Assembly: GCA_040954595.2 (NCBI GenBank)
Contig: CM082588.2
Location: 1,107,935 to 1,171,934 of the forward strand
Direction of reading: 5' to 3'
DNA: 64,000 bases
Source: Balanoglossus misakiensis
Taxonomy: Eukaryota > Animalia > Hemichordata
Shown: positions 49,101 through 61,667 of the stretch, piece after piece
Layout: each line of letters begins with the position of its first letter
Position numbering within the stretch: the first letter of the stretch is position 1
The notes under the pieces: model-generated
Told to the model about the DNA's origin: nothing
Database searches by the model: none
Seen by the model: the letters and a program-made list of their open reading frames with translations, nothing else
Translations under genes and position numbers: made by a program

Positions 49101-52100
49101 GCGAATACATCCTGCGGATTTTCGGTGACAACATGTTGACTACACTTGGCTGAATTGCTGATTACCTTGGACGTGGACAAGGACAGACTTGATGGGCTTC
49201 ACACTCGGAATGAAGGCCGACCGACAACGGAATCACAGTCAGTCGGCTCATTCGGAATAGTCTGGAAAGATCATTGCTCTCTTCCCCTTATTGTGCTTCA
49301 GTCCCACTGTTTTCCATGCCGCAGCTGGACTTCCGGATGCGAAAACACGGGTGCCATGCATATTTACATGTACATGTACATGTATGTGCCCCATGCACAG
49401 AAGCCATAATACCTTGTTTGCTAGTCAATCTATGATTCTCACATATTTATTCTTGACGCTATCATCTAAGTTTTATCATCCTAGATTTATAGCTGACGTA
49501 GAACTTTCAGACTTCAAAAAAAACAAAAGCTATGTGGTTAATTCCACTTTCCAACAAGGACACATTTTGCAATTCTAAGCTTGCAAACCACTTACTGACT
49601 TTTAATTTTATGCACACTTCATTAGAAACCAATCAGGCTACAGGACAGTAATAATTACCGGCACAAATTAACAGCATGTTGCAAATTGAAATTATACGGC
49701 CACTGGGCCAATCCTCAATAAATAATTGTACCAATCAACAGCATAAAGGGAGCCTTGCCAAAACAAACCATCATGAAAAATAAAAACATTTGACATCAGA
49801 TCACCTGTAGCAGATACAATATCAACTTTGATATGTACTGACGCCAGCAAGGTGACCTGCTGCATACACCTGGTGTTCGATACTGCTACGTGGTGTTTAC
49901 ACCTCGGACTTGTGTCGCACTTCTATGGTGTACACCCCTTAAACTTTAACATAACTGGCCCAGTTACCCAATGTCCTGTCATTCAACTTTGCGACCGCTG
50001 TTCTAGTTCACTGTTGACCGGTACTGGTGGACTGACCAATACACATAGTGATACAAGTACTGGCCGGGGTCCAAGTTAATGCTTGAGTGAGAGGGTGGTA
50101 GAAATCAGGCCACTAACCAAGAATACAGACAAGCTGTATTCTAGGGTATAGAGGATCTATGTAGTTGTACCACAGAATATCTGGAGTTGATCAACGATCA
50201 TATACATGAACGTATGTAACTTTGCTGGGCCAACTTCACATCATAAACTGCACAAATGTTCATTTGTTTTATGCATGTATAGGAGTGTCTATGGTTTCAT
50301 CAGTGAGGAGACACACAAGGGTGTTCACCGTCAGGGCTAACTGATGATCAATCATCATTAACCAGAAAATGTCTTCAAACATAAATTTCATAAACGGACA
50401 CAAAATTTTGATATGTCCCTGACATTCTCTCATGAAATGAGGTGTTGTTGAAACATCTCCCTTTTCATTTCATCATAAATAAATTCTCTTGGCAATAAAC
50501 AGTCCATGATGAACACAAACAGATTAATCCGAAAATTAGCATTTTGTGCACTTGTACGATTAACCCTTTCACCCCCACCCCCATTCCGTCTTTAGAGGTC
50601 TGACCTTGCCATAGAACACAATGGATTTGGACCGAACCATGGTGGTGAATGGGTAAAACAAGGAGTTTTTCCAGTGGGAGGTGCAAATGAGGATTATCTT
50701 CCTGGGGATGTCAGCTGACTCTGGTGGCACAGCTTGTTCTTATGATAATCCCCATACAATGCTAAACATCAATTGAATAAATACCAGACTGTGTTTTACT
50801 TTTCACAAATCAGTGAAAAATATCAAATCCGTGAAAAGAATCTTCTTTTCCTTGGCTTTCTCTGCAATCACTGCTGTACCAAATGCAGTTTCCGTTCTAA
50901 TAACACAGTCGTAATATTAAATCATGCTTTTTTACAATCAGCCAAAACATTATATCTGTTTTTTTTTAAAAAACCTGTTGCATTACCTGGTTTTCTCTGC
51001 AATTATTGTTGGTCCAAACGCAGTTTCCATTCTCCTCCGAGAGAAAATAGTAATCGAAGACGTTGACAGGTCCATCACACCATACAGCCATTGTCTCTTA
51101 CTTGAAGTGGATTATTATTGCACAAAAATTGGTTTTGGTGTAAATATTGCACAGTGGTCTATGCACCACAGTGTCTTTCAGTACTGGTTTTGGAAATTGT
51201 TCGTCCTTTTGGATAACTTCCCGTTTTCTGGTTTCTAGCAGAAGTGAGGAAACTCTTGTTCAAGTAGTTTTTTCTTGTGGGTGTCTGCTTTTGAAACAGT
51301 GTTTCAAGCGACTGGTTCAACCCGCAGGCTTCAGCTCTGTAAATCTATGGCTTCTTAAACACAATAATGCCGAGTCTGTAATAATGTCTGAAATGTCTGT
51401 TGGCTTGAATCGATCGAAAGTCTGAATTACCCTGAAACTGCGATATTCTGCTTCTTTCAGTCCGTATATCTGTGACAGATCACTGCTTGTCACATCTTTC
51501 GAATGTCTTTGCGAATCGAGTGGCGTAGGCAAATCCGCAATTATTACACTCATTCAGTTGGCTGGCCTTCTGTACTTATTTCAGGATGTCCTGAGTGAAG
51601 AATTTCTGAAGTTCACCGTCCGTGCAAAGCGGTTACAGGTTCTCTGCTGACCACAGGAAGAGAATGACGTGCAAAGACGTGCAATGTGAGAGCGTAGCCC
51701 CTTTCTGTAAATGGGTCACACCACTGGAACAATGAGAGGGGAGTTTATGAGTTAATATTAACCCAGTGTGTCAACATTGACAAATCAGTTGAAGATTAAA
51801 CACCCAAGTCAATTGTCACTTATTCGACAGTTCTGCAGTAGACACCAAGTGGGTATCAGTTACGTCCTTTCAGTGCAGGCCTGCAAAAACAACCACTACA
51901 GGTATATTCTCTTCTGTTCTGTGTCTAATATTTCGTCTATATTACGCCTCTGACGTGTTTAACAGATTTTGCCTTGAATATGATCGCAGAAGTAATCAGC
52001 TTCCAATAATCACCAACTGAGGTAGGATAGGAGTTTCTTTGTGAGGAAGTAATGTAAATGTCTGTTTCTGTATCCAATTTTGTCTCTCTCTTCAGAATAC

Positions 52101-55100
52101 CACCAGAATACTGGCTACAGTATACATACCAGTATCTTCTTGGTGACGTGTATATCGACCTTCCAGTTTTCAATTCATTCAACAATACAGCTCATTCAAA
52201 ATGTCCTCTTTTTTTCACACTGCGTGAACCTGAGACTTCTAAGGAAAGTGTCTCTCCGCGAAAAAACCAAAAGCACCAGGAAATTAGTCTGACATCATCA
52301 GCGCCCAGTCAAATTTTCCAGCGCACCTCAAAAATTTCCATGAACCATCCGGCCGGTGACGTGACGAACAACAGGATGATTACAATTCAGAGGGGTAGCC
52401 TTCAACGCACTGAATACAATATCCCTGGTCGTGTGACCCACCCCTGGCCAATCAGAGAGCCGTAAGCTGACTTCAAGGGAGCTTTACGTCACGGGATTGG
52501 CTGTGATGTGGGGGTGTGTGCGAGGTGTGTGACCGGCTGATTTCGAGCATATATGCATACATTAGCCTACAAATGCTGAACTTGCATCAAAGCGAGGTTT
52601 TTAATACCCGGTTTAATCAAAATAATTCTATAGCCAAACATGGATCAAGGTCCCTGAACCCAGACTGGGTTTTACATGTTATGACTAATGGTCACACTTT
52701 CTTTCCCAATACCACCATAAAAGATTCCACAGGCCAATATTAATAGATACTAGTAGATCACCAGATATATAACAGGTTGACAATTTCCTGCCTCTGCCTT
52801 TGTCTGTCTTTCTATAGGTTTTCACATCAGCACATACATTAGCACCTTTTGATGCAGGCAAATTCATGAGGTTACATGCATTATGGTGCAGCACAATCTA
52901 AAATTATTCTTTTCAAACACACACAGTTTGTTTACTACCAAGGTAGAGACACTACCCTGGGCTGCACACAATACCATTTATTTTGCAGAGAGAAAAACAC
53001 AAGGTCGTTGCCACGGATAAATGGTACAGATCCTCTGTTGGCAAGGACAACAGGGAGCCAATCACACCACTGTGATAAGGCAACTGCAATTTTGTATCAA
53101 CCTCTGTATGCACAAAGCTGCTCATGAATATTCAACATGTCAAGGTGACAGCGACTCACACAGAATAATTCAAGTTCACTTTCACCAGCAACACAAAAGA
53201 CAGACCAGTGAAGCAAAGGACAGACACAATGGGTGTGGTTCAAAGACCAAGGGATATACCAAGGGGAAATGCATAATATGCTTCACAATGTATTCACTCT
53301 ACCGGCCGGCACCACATAAATAATGAAGCAAAACAACAAACCTTGACATTTTGGAAATGAAATCTGCAATAAACAAAATGTATTCTTTATGCATTCCAAC
53401 TTCTCTTCTCAACAACACAACCAAAGTAACAGATTCACCTTGAAATTCGGAAATTTCCTAAAATCCCCAAATTTCTCACCTAGGTCCCTTGATGCATGGG
53501 CAAACAACGCGCTGGTTGGGCTAGTGGATTATGAGATTGAGAAGGACATGTTGATGGCCATGAAATTTAAAAGCCAGGATTTCAAACCTTGGCCAGATAA
53601 TTCAATGAACATTTCGCTCTGGAGAATTATTAGCAGGTTGTATTGTTTGATAACTATTAGTATTAGGAAACAGCTGTACTGAACTTTGAAGACAAGGATT
53701 ACTTGGTCCATTTTAAGAGAAATTTATTCTTTTGGAACACAGAACATTTTAGGGGTTCATGAAGCCCTATTCTGATTAAAGTTACCATGAATGCAATTTG
53801 CATACTGGTCTACTGGATTGTGACAGACATCTTTTCGCAACGTCATTCCATGAGCACTAGTATAGGATTCTCCAAGTACTGGTTAATATCCGATTCCGTT
53901 TAATAACGTCCTTTTAAGTTTATGACGGACGAACAAAGCCCAGTCTGTCGGTGAAGAAGGGTTGCCTCTTTTTCTTTTTAATTTACAGCCAATATTTGCT
54001 GAACAGACCGGCCAAATGTCATCAACCCAAGAATTCCATTGTGAGGAAAAATCTAACAATGTTTGCACTTGTCTGAAAATACAAAATAATGACGTAAAGA
54101 GTAACAAAGGTAAATTGAACATATCAATGGTGTACATTGATGTCTGACTTCAGAATAAGCTTGAATATAATATACAGTTGTGTGGGGGTCAGTCACGTTT
54201 TAAGTTAAATTGCAGTGTGTTCAAGTATATCACTTTTAAAAAAGCTTTTACGGCACCAGCTTCACAGCATTGACAATTGTTGGTTTTATGTTAGAAACTT
54301 TCCCTCGATCACAAATTATCCGAAAACCGAATCATGTTTCTGACATAAAAACGTTGACAACAGGCAAACCAACAAACAGTGAACAGTTTTATTGGTACTG
54401 GTATTTGCTGGCGATCACCACATTTTCATGAAGTTTCACACAGAGCCTGGCAACTGGAAGAAAGACAATGTTGGGATTGTCTCTGTCAACAGCGACCAGA
54501 CGACTAGCCATCCAGGTAGTCAGGTTTACGAGGCGACAGCGATTAACTATCAAACAATTGGTGCTGGCAGCCAAAGACGAACCAGGACAAACATACGTGC
54601 CTGGTTTCTATGCTCTCAATATGATGTGGAAGGTCACGTAACCATGGATATACGTAACCATGGATACACAACGCAAGTGATTGCCACATCCCCCACCTTA
54701 TCAGTTCTCAAATCAACAGCACACCACCAACGACAGATAGATCAATCACACTCAATGCCAACGAAAAATACTTCTTTTTAAATGTCCAGTCAAAGTTGGA
54801 CAATGGCTGGGACCAACTCCACTCCCTCTAAGGACGTAGCCTGATACAGTCCCCAGTGACACTTTTCAGCTGTCTGCAGGCTAAATCAAATATTTCCCCA
54901 CCAGTCTGTGTGTAGACTGATGGTGTGATTGAGACTGATAAGATTACACAGGCAGATATCAAATTATGATTTCATAACAGTACATTGAGTATTTATGAGA
55001 GTGTGGGGGTGTGAGGGGGAGGGAAAGAGAGAGGGCGAGAGAAAGAATCACTGTCAGACAGAAAGGGTTTGTCAGAAAGTGAAAGAAGTTCTACTGTGAA

Positions 55101-58100
55101 TTTTAACCACTTGTTGATCTTATTCTAGTTTTCCAGGGTCTATGCTTTTATTGTGGGACAATATCAGAATACATGATGCATAAAGAATGTCTGATGCTTA
55201 GAATAGATGAGTGATAACGATTTTCGGAAGTTCATCCACATTTAATGTGTCATAAAAGGGTTCGCTTCATGCGTAAGTAACTTCATCACCTGAGGCTCGA
55301 TCAGCCAATCAAATTAATGCTTTGTCAGGATGGCGAGAGTGGCATTACATACTAAAAGATGACATAGTGTACACTCCGCTGATTCCCATTGGCTAGTGTC
55401 TGGACTGATAAGTAAACACTGACATCATTGGCCCATAAATCATCCACACTCGAGTGGTGCTATTTCAACACCAATCAAATGCTCTGTGACATGCCTCATG
55501 TGGTTCTTCGTGGTGATTGGCTGGGACGTGAACTGTGGGGGCAACTGTCTTATCTGCATCTTGTTGACAGGGAGAAGTGCTTGTATGATTCATAACGGTT
55601 TTGCATACTGAGGGTGGAACCATGACATCATCCATGCGAGACATCTGTTTTTCGGAACAAACAAACCCCACAGACCAAACAACTGCTACAAATACACAAA
55701 CCAGTCAAAACTCATGTCTTTTCAGATATCGCAATCTAACAAACAAGTCCAAATAATCATTGTTTTTGCTATAAACGGTGAAAGTTTGAAACGTTAGTGT
55801 CCAGTTGCAAAGCTCTCTCATTCAAGCAGTGAAATCATGAAAACCAGATATTGTAAATGAACAAACCACACACCTTCGCAAAAACATTTTTTTATTACGT
55901 AGATCTGTCTCGTTTCCGTATCTTTTTTCTGTGGCAATTCACAGACTGTTTTGGCAATATACCAATGTATCTGTTTTGTTTCAAATGTGTTAGGGATAAG
56001 AATGATCTGTGCTTCATTTTATACTGACCATATACTTTATGATCACATTTTACATGATGGTAGTGTTTCAAAGACAGGGCATTGCCCTTAGGAGAACTTC
56101 TGGAAAATTCCAGCTTGCTTCAGGATTCAAATCACGTATTGGTCAGACAACACAGCACACAAAGTTTGCCCACACAGTCAAACTGAGATATAATGTTTCA
56201 TTGAAGATCAGGAAGTCTACATTTGTGCATTCCATAAGAGAGTGTAATCTGCCGTGACAGAGAGGTTAGGGCCTTTGATCTGAGCAGCAACATGTCACTG
56301 AACATCGACCCAGACAGATAATCTCATCCCACCAACCAATGAGAACCTGAGCTATCATTTGAACATTTCAAAATCGTTCAGTTTGGTTGAGTTTGGTTTG
56401 TAACATGTACATGTAATGTGCAGTAATGCTGTACAGACACCTATGGTGACAACAGCAGAATTTATTCCATGATTTTAATGAAACATGATTGTACACATGT
56501 ACCGCCCAGCTGCGGTACAGGAAGATGAATGCAACCTGGCCGTCAGGAAGCCCAAAGGTCACCAAGTGAGGGCAGTCTCTTCTGCGTTCAAGTACTAGAC
56601 AAGTGAAACCTAACGGCCTCGCAATAAACTCAACTTGTGCAAATGAAACAGCTTGTTTGGCCGTAACTATTTCCATACATGACATCTACTTGCAACAATC
56701 AATTTTTATGATAGCCACAGTAGTAAAGGGGTTGGTGGAATTATGCGAACAATGTTTGCATACTCTCACAAAAATCCCAAGAACCAATTGAAACTACCCC
56801 AATTAACCTACTTTCCAAAATATATATCACCAACTCTTGATTCAGATCTGATTGCATTCATGGCCCTTATTTGAGAGTGAGTGGTCATAGAACATACTAG
56901 AGTAAGGACAAGTGGCCTTGTTAATCTGGCACCATGACTAATGATTACAAAAAGGAGACTGTAAAATCGCAGAGCTTTTCTTATACCCCTTTAGGCCAAT
57001 TCACATGTGAATGCAACTTCTTCAAAGGCACAAGGTTACACAAGAAAAGTTACAGAAAACCCTGTGTCCAGACTGAGAAGTGCGGTAGTCCTGAATAAAT
57101 AAGTAACACGTCCTAGCAAAGTATCTGATCACGCCAAGTCAAGTGTCAAACTCGTAAAAACTAATGAGAAATACGGTTAAAGAGCCTACGTTATCAATAT
57201 GGAATGTAGAGACTTTCTAGTTGATACATTCCAGGGTATATGTTATGTATACAGGGTGTAAATAATGTCTTGATAATACAGGCACTGGACTGAAGTGACC
57301 ATAAATCAAACAATGTATTAATAATGAACCTCGCAATGATAGTAACGAAAACATCTATTCAATGAACAATCTTTCCACAACAGTTTGGAGTTTTATTTCA
57401 AAGCAAAAGAAGGTATTGGTGGTGTTCTGCTCATACATGTAGAAATGTATGGAATGGTAGCTTGCAACACTGGGCCCTTGATACTCAACTAGGTGAAGGG
57501 TTCTGCAGAATCCTGTGTTTTTTTCTTTCTATCTATAGCATCCGAATCATCATCCTGCGTTAAAAATAACACAGTCGATAATTGCCTGGCTGTAAGTTGG
57601 TTAATTAACAAATGAATGAAATGGAAACTTCCACAGAAGCTGTGGACAGTTAAAATTATTCGGAAGTTTCCATCGCCTGCTAAATCATGCATCCCAACTA
57701 GCAACAGTGGAACACACCCCTTGGTGACCTGAATAACGATTCACTCCACACTGTGATCTAATTATCCCCCCCCCCCCCCCACCATACCAGCCCAAATCAA
57801 TTACTACTAAAAACAATACAAGCGTCCAAAATAAAAGAATTATTATGAGAACACTCGCCCGCAGGGACTAAAATTGTGGTGGTCCTACAACTGTGCATGC
57901 TAAGGCTAGTGGTCCTAGTATTGTCTTGAATTTAAAACATTCCTCTGACCTGTAGTGGACACGACCAGACACTGGTCAACTTCGGCCAATTTTGGCCATA
58001 TATTAAATTAAAGAGTCCAAGAAGATCAAACAAGCTGATCAGGGGCAAGTGTGAAGAGAGAATAACAACTTTTTACAAATATGAAAATTGTTACACCACC

Positions 58101-61100
58101 ACTGAGACAGAATACAAGATATTTACCTATGACATTTCATTTCATCAGGAAACTGAGGAATTGACAGACAACTTTGATGTTTTGCTAACCTAGATGTTTG
58201 ATCATTTATTGGAAAAGCACAACAAACTCCTTGCTTTTCACAAATCCAGATCAATTCTGTAAAGCTCTGCCAAAGAAAATAAAGTCGACGCAGACTGGAT
58301 TTCTTTCCAATGAGGTATCAGATGACCACGCATTCAAAGGTATAGTAATCTGACACAGATTTCACAATTCCAGTTTGTTCAGCATTGATGGCCATGTTTA
58401 CTCCGATACACCTTTGTAGACACCCAATGTACAAAGCAGATCAAAAGAGCTATTGTATTCAACTACAAGTCTCCCTTAAAAGTAGGTCGACCCCCACGAT
58501 GCCACAGGACAGGGCTGTGAAAGGCCAGGCGAGGGGATCCAATCAGCACCACCCTCTCCACCTCCAACATTTAGATACATCCTCATGATTTTATTCCACC
58601 AGTGAATTAATTTCTTATGGCTGAGCTATAAACAAAATTCCATGGAAATGATAAAAGTAGAACACGATGGATTTTCTGGGAATTCTCAATGTTATCCTGG
58701 GAAGAGATAATTCAACGTTCTCATAGTGCGCATACGGTACATCGCCTCAAGTTCGAATGATCAATTATCAATTGTTGACACACATAAATAGGTCAGTGTC
58801 GACTGGCAAAGCAACATACAGAGTCAACTATGATCGCATTTCAAGACTAATATATCTGTTTCATCTCTTGCTTCACTCTTGCTGACAAGGTGAAAATGTG
58901 GATGCTGACCTACTGGGGTTACGGTCGATTGAGAAGCCATTTCTCCTTTGAGATTGGGTTGCAATATTATCAGATATGTTGAGAAGCCATTTTCTTCCTT
59001 TGGCTTCAGCTCGTTACTTCGAAGTGTGTGCGTTCAGAGACTGGGATCTGTATGTCATCTCATACATACTGGATTGCATATAGATAAAGGGAAGTCTTTC
59101 GCTGGTATGTCTTTCGCATCTGATGCCAGGGGGAAATTCCACGACCAAAGATGTAACATGTAATCCTTATCTGCTGAAACAACCTACATGTATTTCCTGA
59201 AGTGTTGTTCTTGTTTTTATGTCAGGGTACATCTGACAGTATCTCTACAGATAAAAACAGCTCTGCAGTCAAGGGAAATATGAGCTTTGTAAGTGTGCTG
59301 TATGAGTGTGCTACCATTTGGCAGTTCAAACCAGCATGAAACCCACTTGGTGCAACTTCTGAATCGGTTCCAACACTGTACATGTAGGATCGTGCCGAGC
59401 TATTGTTGAACAACACAGATCCTGTAACAGATCCAGTAATCCATTGTATAGGTACATCTCTCTGGATATCAAATGAAATGAAAACCTGTATTCGGGTTTA
59501 GCATATGGAGTGCGACTAGCTTACATGTAAAACTAGCTCACTGACCGACTGAACAGTTAGCAACAGACAATCCATTCACATTCCAAAACACTACATGGCC
59601 AGCTCTGAAAAAAACCACTGCCTCATCCTCTCGCACATCTAAACTGCCTAATGATCTTTTGGCTTAATCTTATATCCAATTACAAATCAATAAAAGTACA
59701 AGGTTCACTTTCTTCGATTGTCCATTCTCACACCACAGAAACTGACGCCATGAGGCCAAGGTACACAGTCAAGCTTTCACGAGTAATATTTACAAAAGTC
59801 TCTTTTAAGTTCTACTGAAGCAGACAATAGGTTCACTGTTGATCCCATTCAAGACGACCATGTCAACAAATCACCTGGTAACAAAGGAGTAAATAAGGGG
59901 AGTGTATTTTTTTGGTGTTGTTGACACAAACAAGTCAAGTGAATTTGCACACAATGGGACTGGGACAAAACCAGACGGTGAAGTGATGATGATGATGATG
60001 AAGATGATGACGATCTCTCTCTCCATCTCTCTCTCTCTCACACACACACGCAAAAACACAAACACACACACAATGTGACACACCATATTTATCCCAGGAG
60101 GGTCACTTTTTCAGTACAGTACACAAATAGTTACGCCCAGGGTTACTCCAAAGCAATTTGCAATAACTGTGACTATCTGTGTAATGGTGCGTTTTTGCCT
60201 TCAGGTGAAACAGTCATCCCAGCGGACTGAAAGGAGTTATACTATGCAGATATCAAAAGAGAAAAGGAAGCTGTATAGTATGCTCTATTGAGCATTAAGG
60301 CCAAACATACAAGCTTGCATGAGACACTCCCCTCTCTAAAAAATACGCCCTTCTGACTTACTCAACTATGTACAAGTAACCCCAAATGATTGCGTACACG
60401 TAACCCTGAAGATAGCACAAAAATTAATAACAGTCTCGTTTCTGGCTATCCAGTATCATATCCTGTGTGCCCTAGAGGGAAACAAGTTGAAGACATTCAG
60501 AGGTTTTGCGGTCACTGTCTTATTGATAAAACATGTCCGCTGGGTGTATATATATTACATGCTTATTAATAATTCTGTCCACACAAACGTAAATGGAAAT
60601 CTCTCAGAGCTAATCTTTAATTTCATTTCCTCGACTCATCTCTCAAGAATTTCAGAGCAGAGGTTACGGTTTTCCATCTTGAAGGATAATATGTGATGCG
60701 TGCATGCATGCAAGACTCCCACACAAAAACTGAACTGAATTAATTCTGCATTGTGAGCTCTAAAGATCTTGATTACGTTACACGGCGTATCTGACAGAAC
60801 AGACAGAGAGAATTGCTGACTTGCAGGGCTTCACTGAATGACCAATTTGTGGTCTAGAATCCAGACTTGAAACGAGTCTGGATTCTAGACTAATTTCTGT
60901 CTTTCATCAACACACACAGTTCAATTTTAATACACCACCAACTCCGAGTCGAGTACCGGTCTACATTCTGATTAAAATGAAAATCTTGTTAACACAAATA
61001 GTCCATTAGAATAAACAGGGGATAATAAAATATACATGTATCTTTTGGAACCTAGGTTTCTCCAGGGAACAGACTGTGCCTATGGATTTCTTCTTCTGTC

Positions 61101-61667
61101 AACTAAACTGAGCTAGGGAAAGTGTGGTACAGCCTGTACTAATTATTTTACGTTGATCTGTGAGATTTGTCTTCAGAAAGTGATGACATCCTCTTCTGAT
61201 CCAGTTTTATTCCTGGTGATCTGTATTTAATGATAGGGCTATCTTCTACAACTTACCTTTGCTTGTATTAAGAGAATTTTAATTTGTATGATATTCACCT
61301 AAAAGCCTCTCAGAGGAGAATACAGACATTCTACAGAAAATCTATAGTGATAAGCTCAATTCTACAGTTAGGTGTTATCTGTATTCTAGAGTAATGAATA
61401 TATCCAAACCCAGGAGACATACAGTTTTCACACTCGCTTTCGATAATACGTCTTCCCACTTCACACAGGTCAGCCAACGCATACTTCACATCAGCTACAA
61501 AAGCTGATAGCAGTCAGAACACGCCCACACATTCTACAACACTGCATATTCAGGCATCCTACACAGAGAGAAAACACCTTGAAGGCTTTTACTGCACTTA
61601 CCTTGTACACTGGCAAAAAAGAACTGGGACCACAAGTGAGTCTTCGTGGGACACGAACACCTCGTTC
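31162..61667 (-). CDS. SESN: Sestrin (PA26/SESN family), 10 coding exons in window (454 aa); first coding exon not identified, probably beyond 64000
   Basis: Exons: 61667-61602 ([22 protein letters not shown]), 45140-45111 ([10 protein letters not shown]), 40679-40509 (..[32 protein letters not shown]), 36904-36722 (AAARHKC..GGDPEWL..LAHRPWL), 36249-36028 ([19 protein letters not shown]), 33877-33742, 33180-33047 ([14 protein letters not shown]), 32079-31970 ([16 protein letters not shown]), 31630-31405 ([33 protein letters not shown]), 31248-31162 ([28 protein letters not shown]). All GT-AG, phases consistent. Confidence 0.96.
31858..31942 (+). mobile_element. About 85-bp TTAA-type (piggyBac-like) MITE, copy 1
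   Basis: TTAA|CCCTTTTACC...CCATAGAAAACAATAGATTTGGACTGAACCATGGTGGTGAAAGGG|TTAG. Terminal inverted repeats; homologous to copies at 34002 and 50564. Confidence 0.75.
32362..32465. repeat. Degenerate (TGTC)n/(CT)n microsatellite
   Basis: TGTGTCTGTCTGTCTGTCTGTCTTTCTATCTCTCTGTCTGCCTGCCTGTCTGTC... Confidence 0.85.
33531..33686. repeat. 26-bp quasi-palindromic minisatellite, 6 copies
   Basis: Unit ATCTTATAGGAGTCCTATAGGATAAT at 33531, 33557, 33583, 33609, 33635 and 33661, with more diverged copies back to about 33470. Confidence 0.92.
34002..34083 (-). mobile_element. TTAA-type MITE, copy 2 (inverted, more decayed)
   Basis: TTCA|CCCTTTCATTTCCATGGTTTGGTCCAA...ATTGTTCTAAATGGCAAAATTGGACC...GGGTGAAAGGC|TTAT is the reverse complement of the family sequence. 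Confidence 0.65.
42220..42833. promoter_or_regulatory. Candidate intronic stress-response enhancer (C/EBP-ATF, p53 half-site, FOXO motifs)
   Basis: GTTGCATCA 42220, TGATGCAAT 42244, ATTGCATCA 42495, AAACATGTTC 42417, TGTTTAC 42614, GTAAACA 42827. Confidence 0.45.
45111..45140 (-). CDS. SESN: Sestrin 30-nt microexon ([10 protein letters not shown])
   Basis: Flanks TTTTCTTCTATTATCTTGCAG| and GAG|GTGAGT, phase 0/0. Fills the gap between the GPSSFLP exon and [10 protein letters not shown] and resembles SESN3 VVQANTVDE. Confidence 0.85.
50564..50653 (+). mobile_element. TTAA-type MITE, copy 3
   Basis: TTAA|CCCTTTCACC...CCATAGAACACAATGGATTTGGACCGAACCATGGTGGTGAATGGG|TAAA. Confidence 0.75.
50987..51091 (-). 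CDS. Candidate alternative first coding exon of sestrin ([35 protein letters not shown])
   Basis: ATG in ACAATGG context, 35 open codons, phase-0 donor CAG|GTAATG compatible with the microexon. Promoter-like motif cluster 0.6-1.4 kb upstream. No homology proof. Confidence 0.45.
51660..52502 (-). promoter_or_regulatory. Candidate internal promoter in sestrin intron
   Basis: CCAAT 52448-52452, TTACGTCA 52484-52491, ATTGG 52496-52500; TGACGTG at about 51665, 51951, 52144 and 52357. Confidence 0.45.
59984..60072. repeat. Compound microsatellite (GAT)n-(CT)n-(CA)n
   Basis: TGATGATGATGATGATGAAGATGATGACGATCTCTCTCTCCATCTCTCTCTCTCTCACACACACACG... Confidence 0.85.
60852..60890. repeat. Perfect 16-bp inverted repeat (hairpin)
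   Basis: GTCTAGAATCCAGACT-TGAAACG-AGTCTGGATTCTAGAC. Confidence 0.9.
61602..61667 (-). CDS. SESN: Sestrin conserved 66-nt exon (GPSxFxP motif)
   Basis: Acceptor TTTTTTTTATTTCGTTGAATTTTTCAG, donor AAG|[28 protein letters not shown] matches the vertebrate sestrin segment of type xxGIRIPRPLxxGPSxFIPEKE. Not in the frame given by the ORF track. Confidence 0.9.

Noticed and set aside
49166-49261. AG/GT-bounded 96-nt segment on the minus strand containing SAFIP in one frame
   Set aside because: The SAFIP frame is preceded by stops, phase 0 contains TGA, the polypyrimidine tract is poor, and the true GPSSFLP exon is at 61602-61667. A poison exon cannot be excluded without RNA data.
58929-59002. Direct repeat TTGAGAAGCCATTT(T)CT(T)CCTTTG, two copies 50 bp apart
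   Set aside because: A simple local duplication with only two copies; nothing supports a function.
59871-60086. ORF containing SPSGFVPV, resembling the sestrin GPSAFIP motif
   Set aside because: Derived from a compound microsatellite; no suitable splice sites.
61257-61298. 42-nt in-frame exon-like segment with a perfect AAG|GTAAGT donor ([14 protein letters not shown])
   Set aside because: Weak acceptor, AT-rich intron-like composition, and no room for it in the sestrin alignment.
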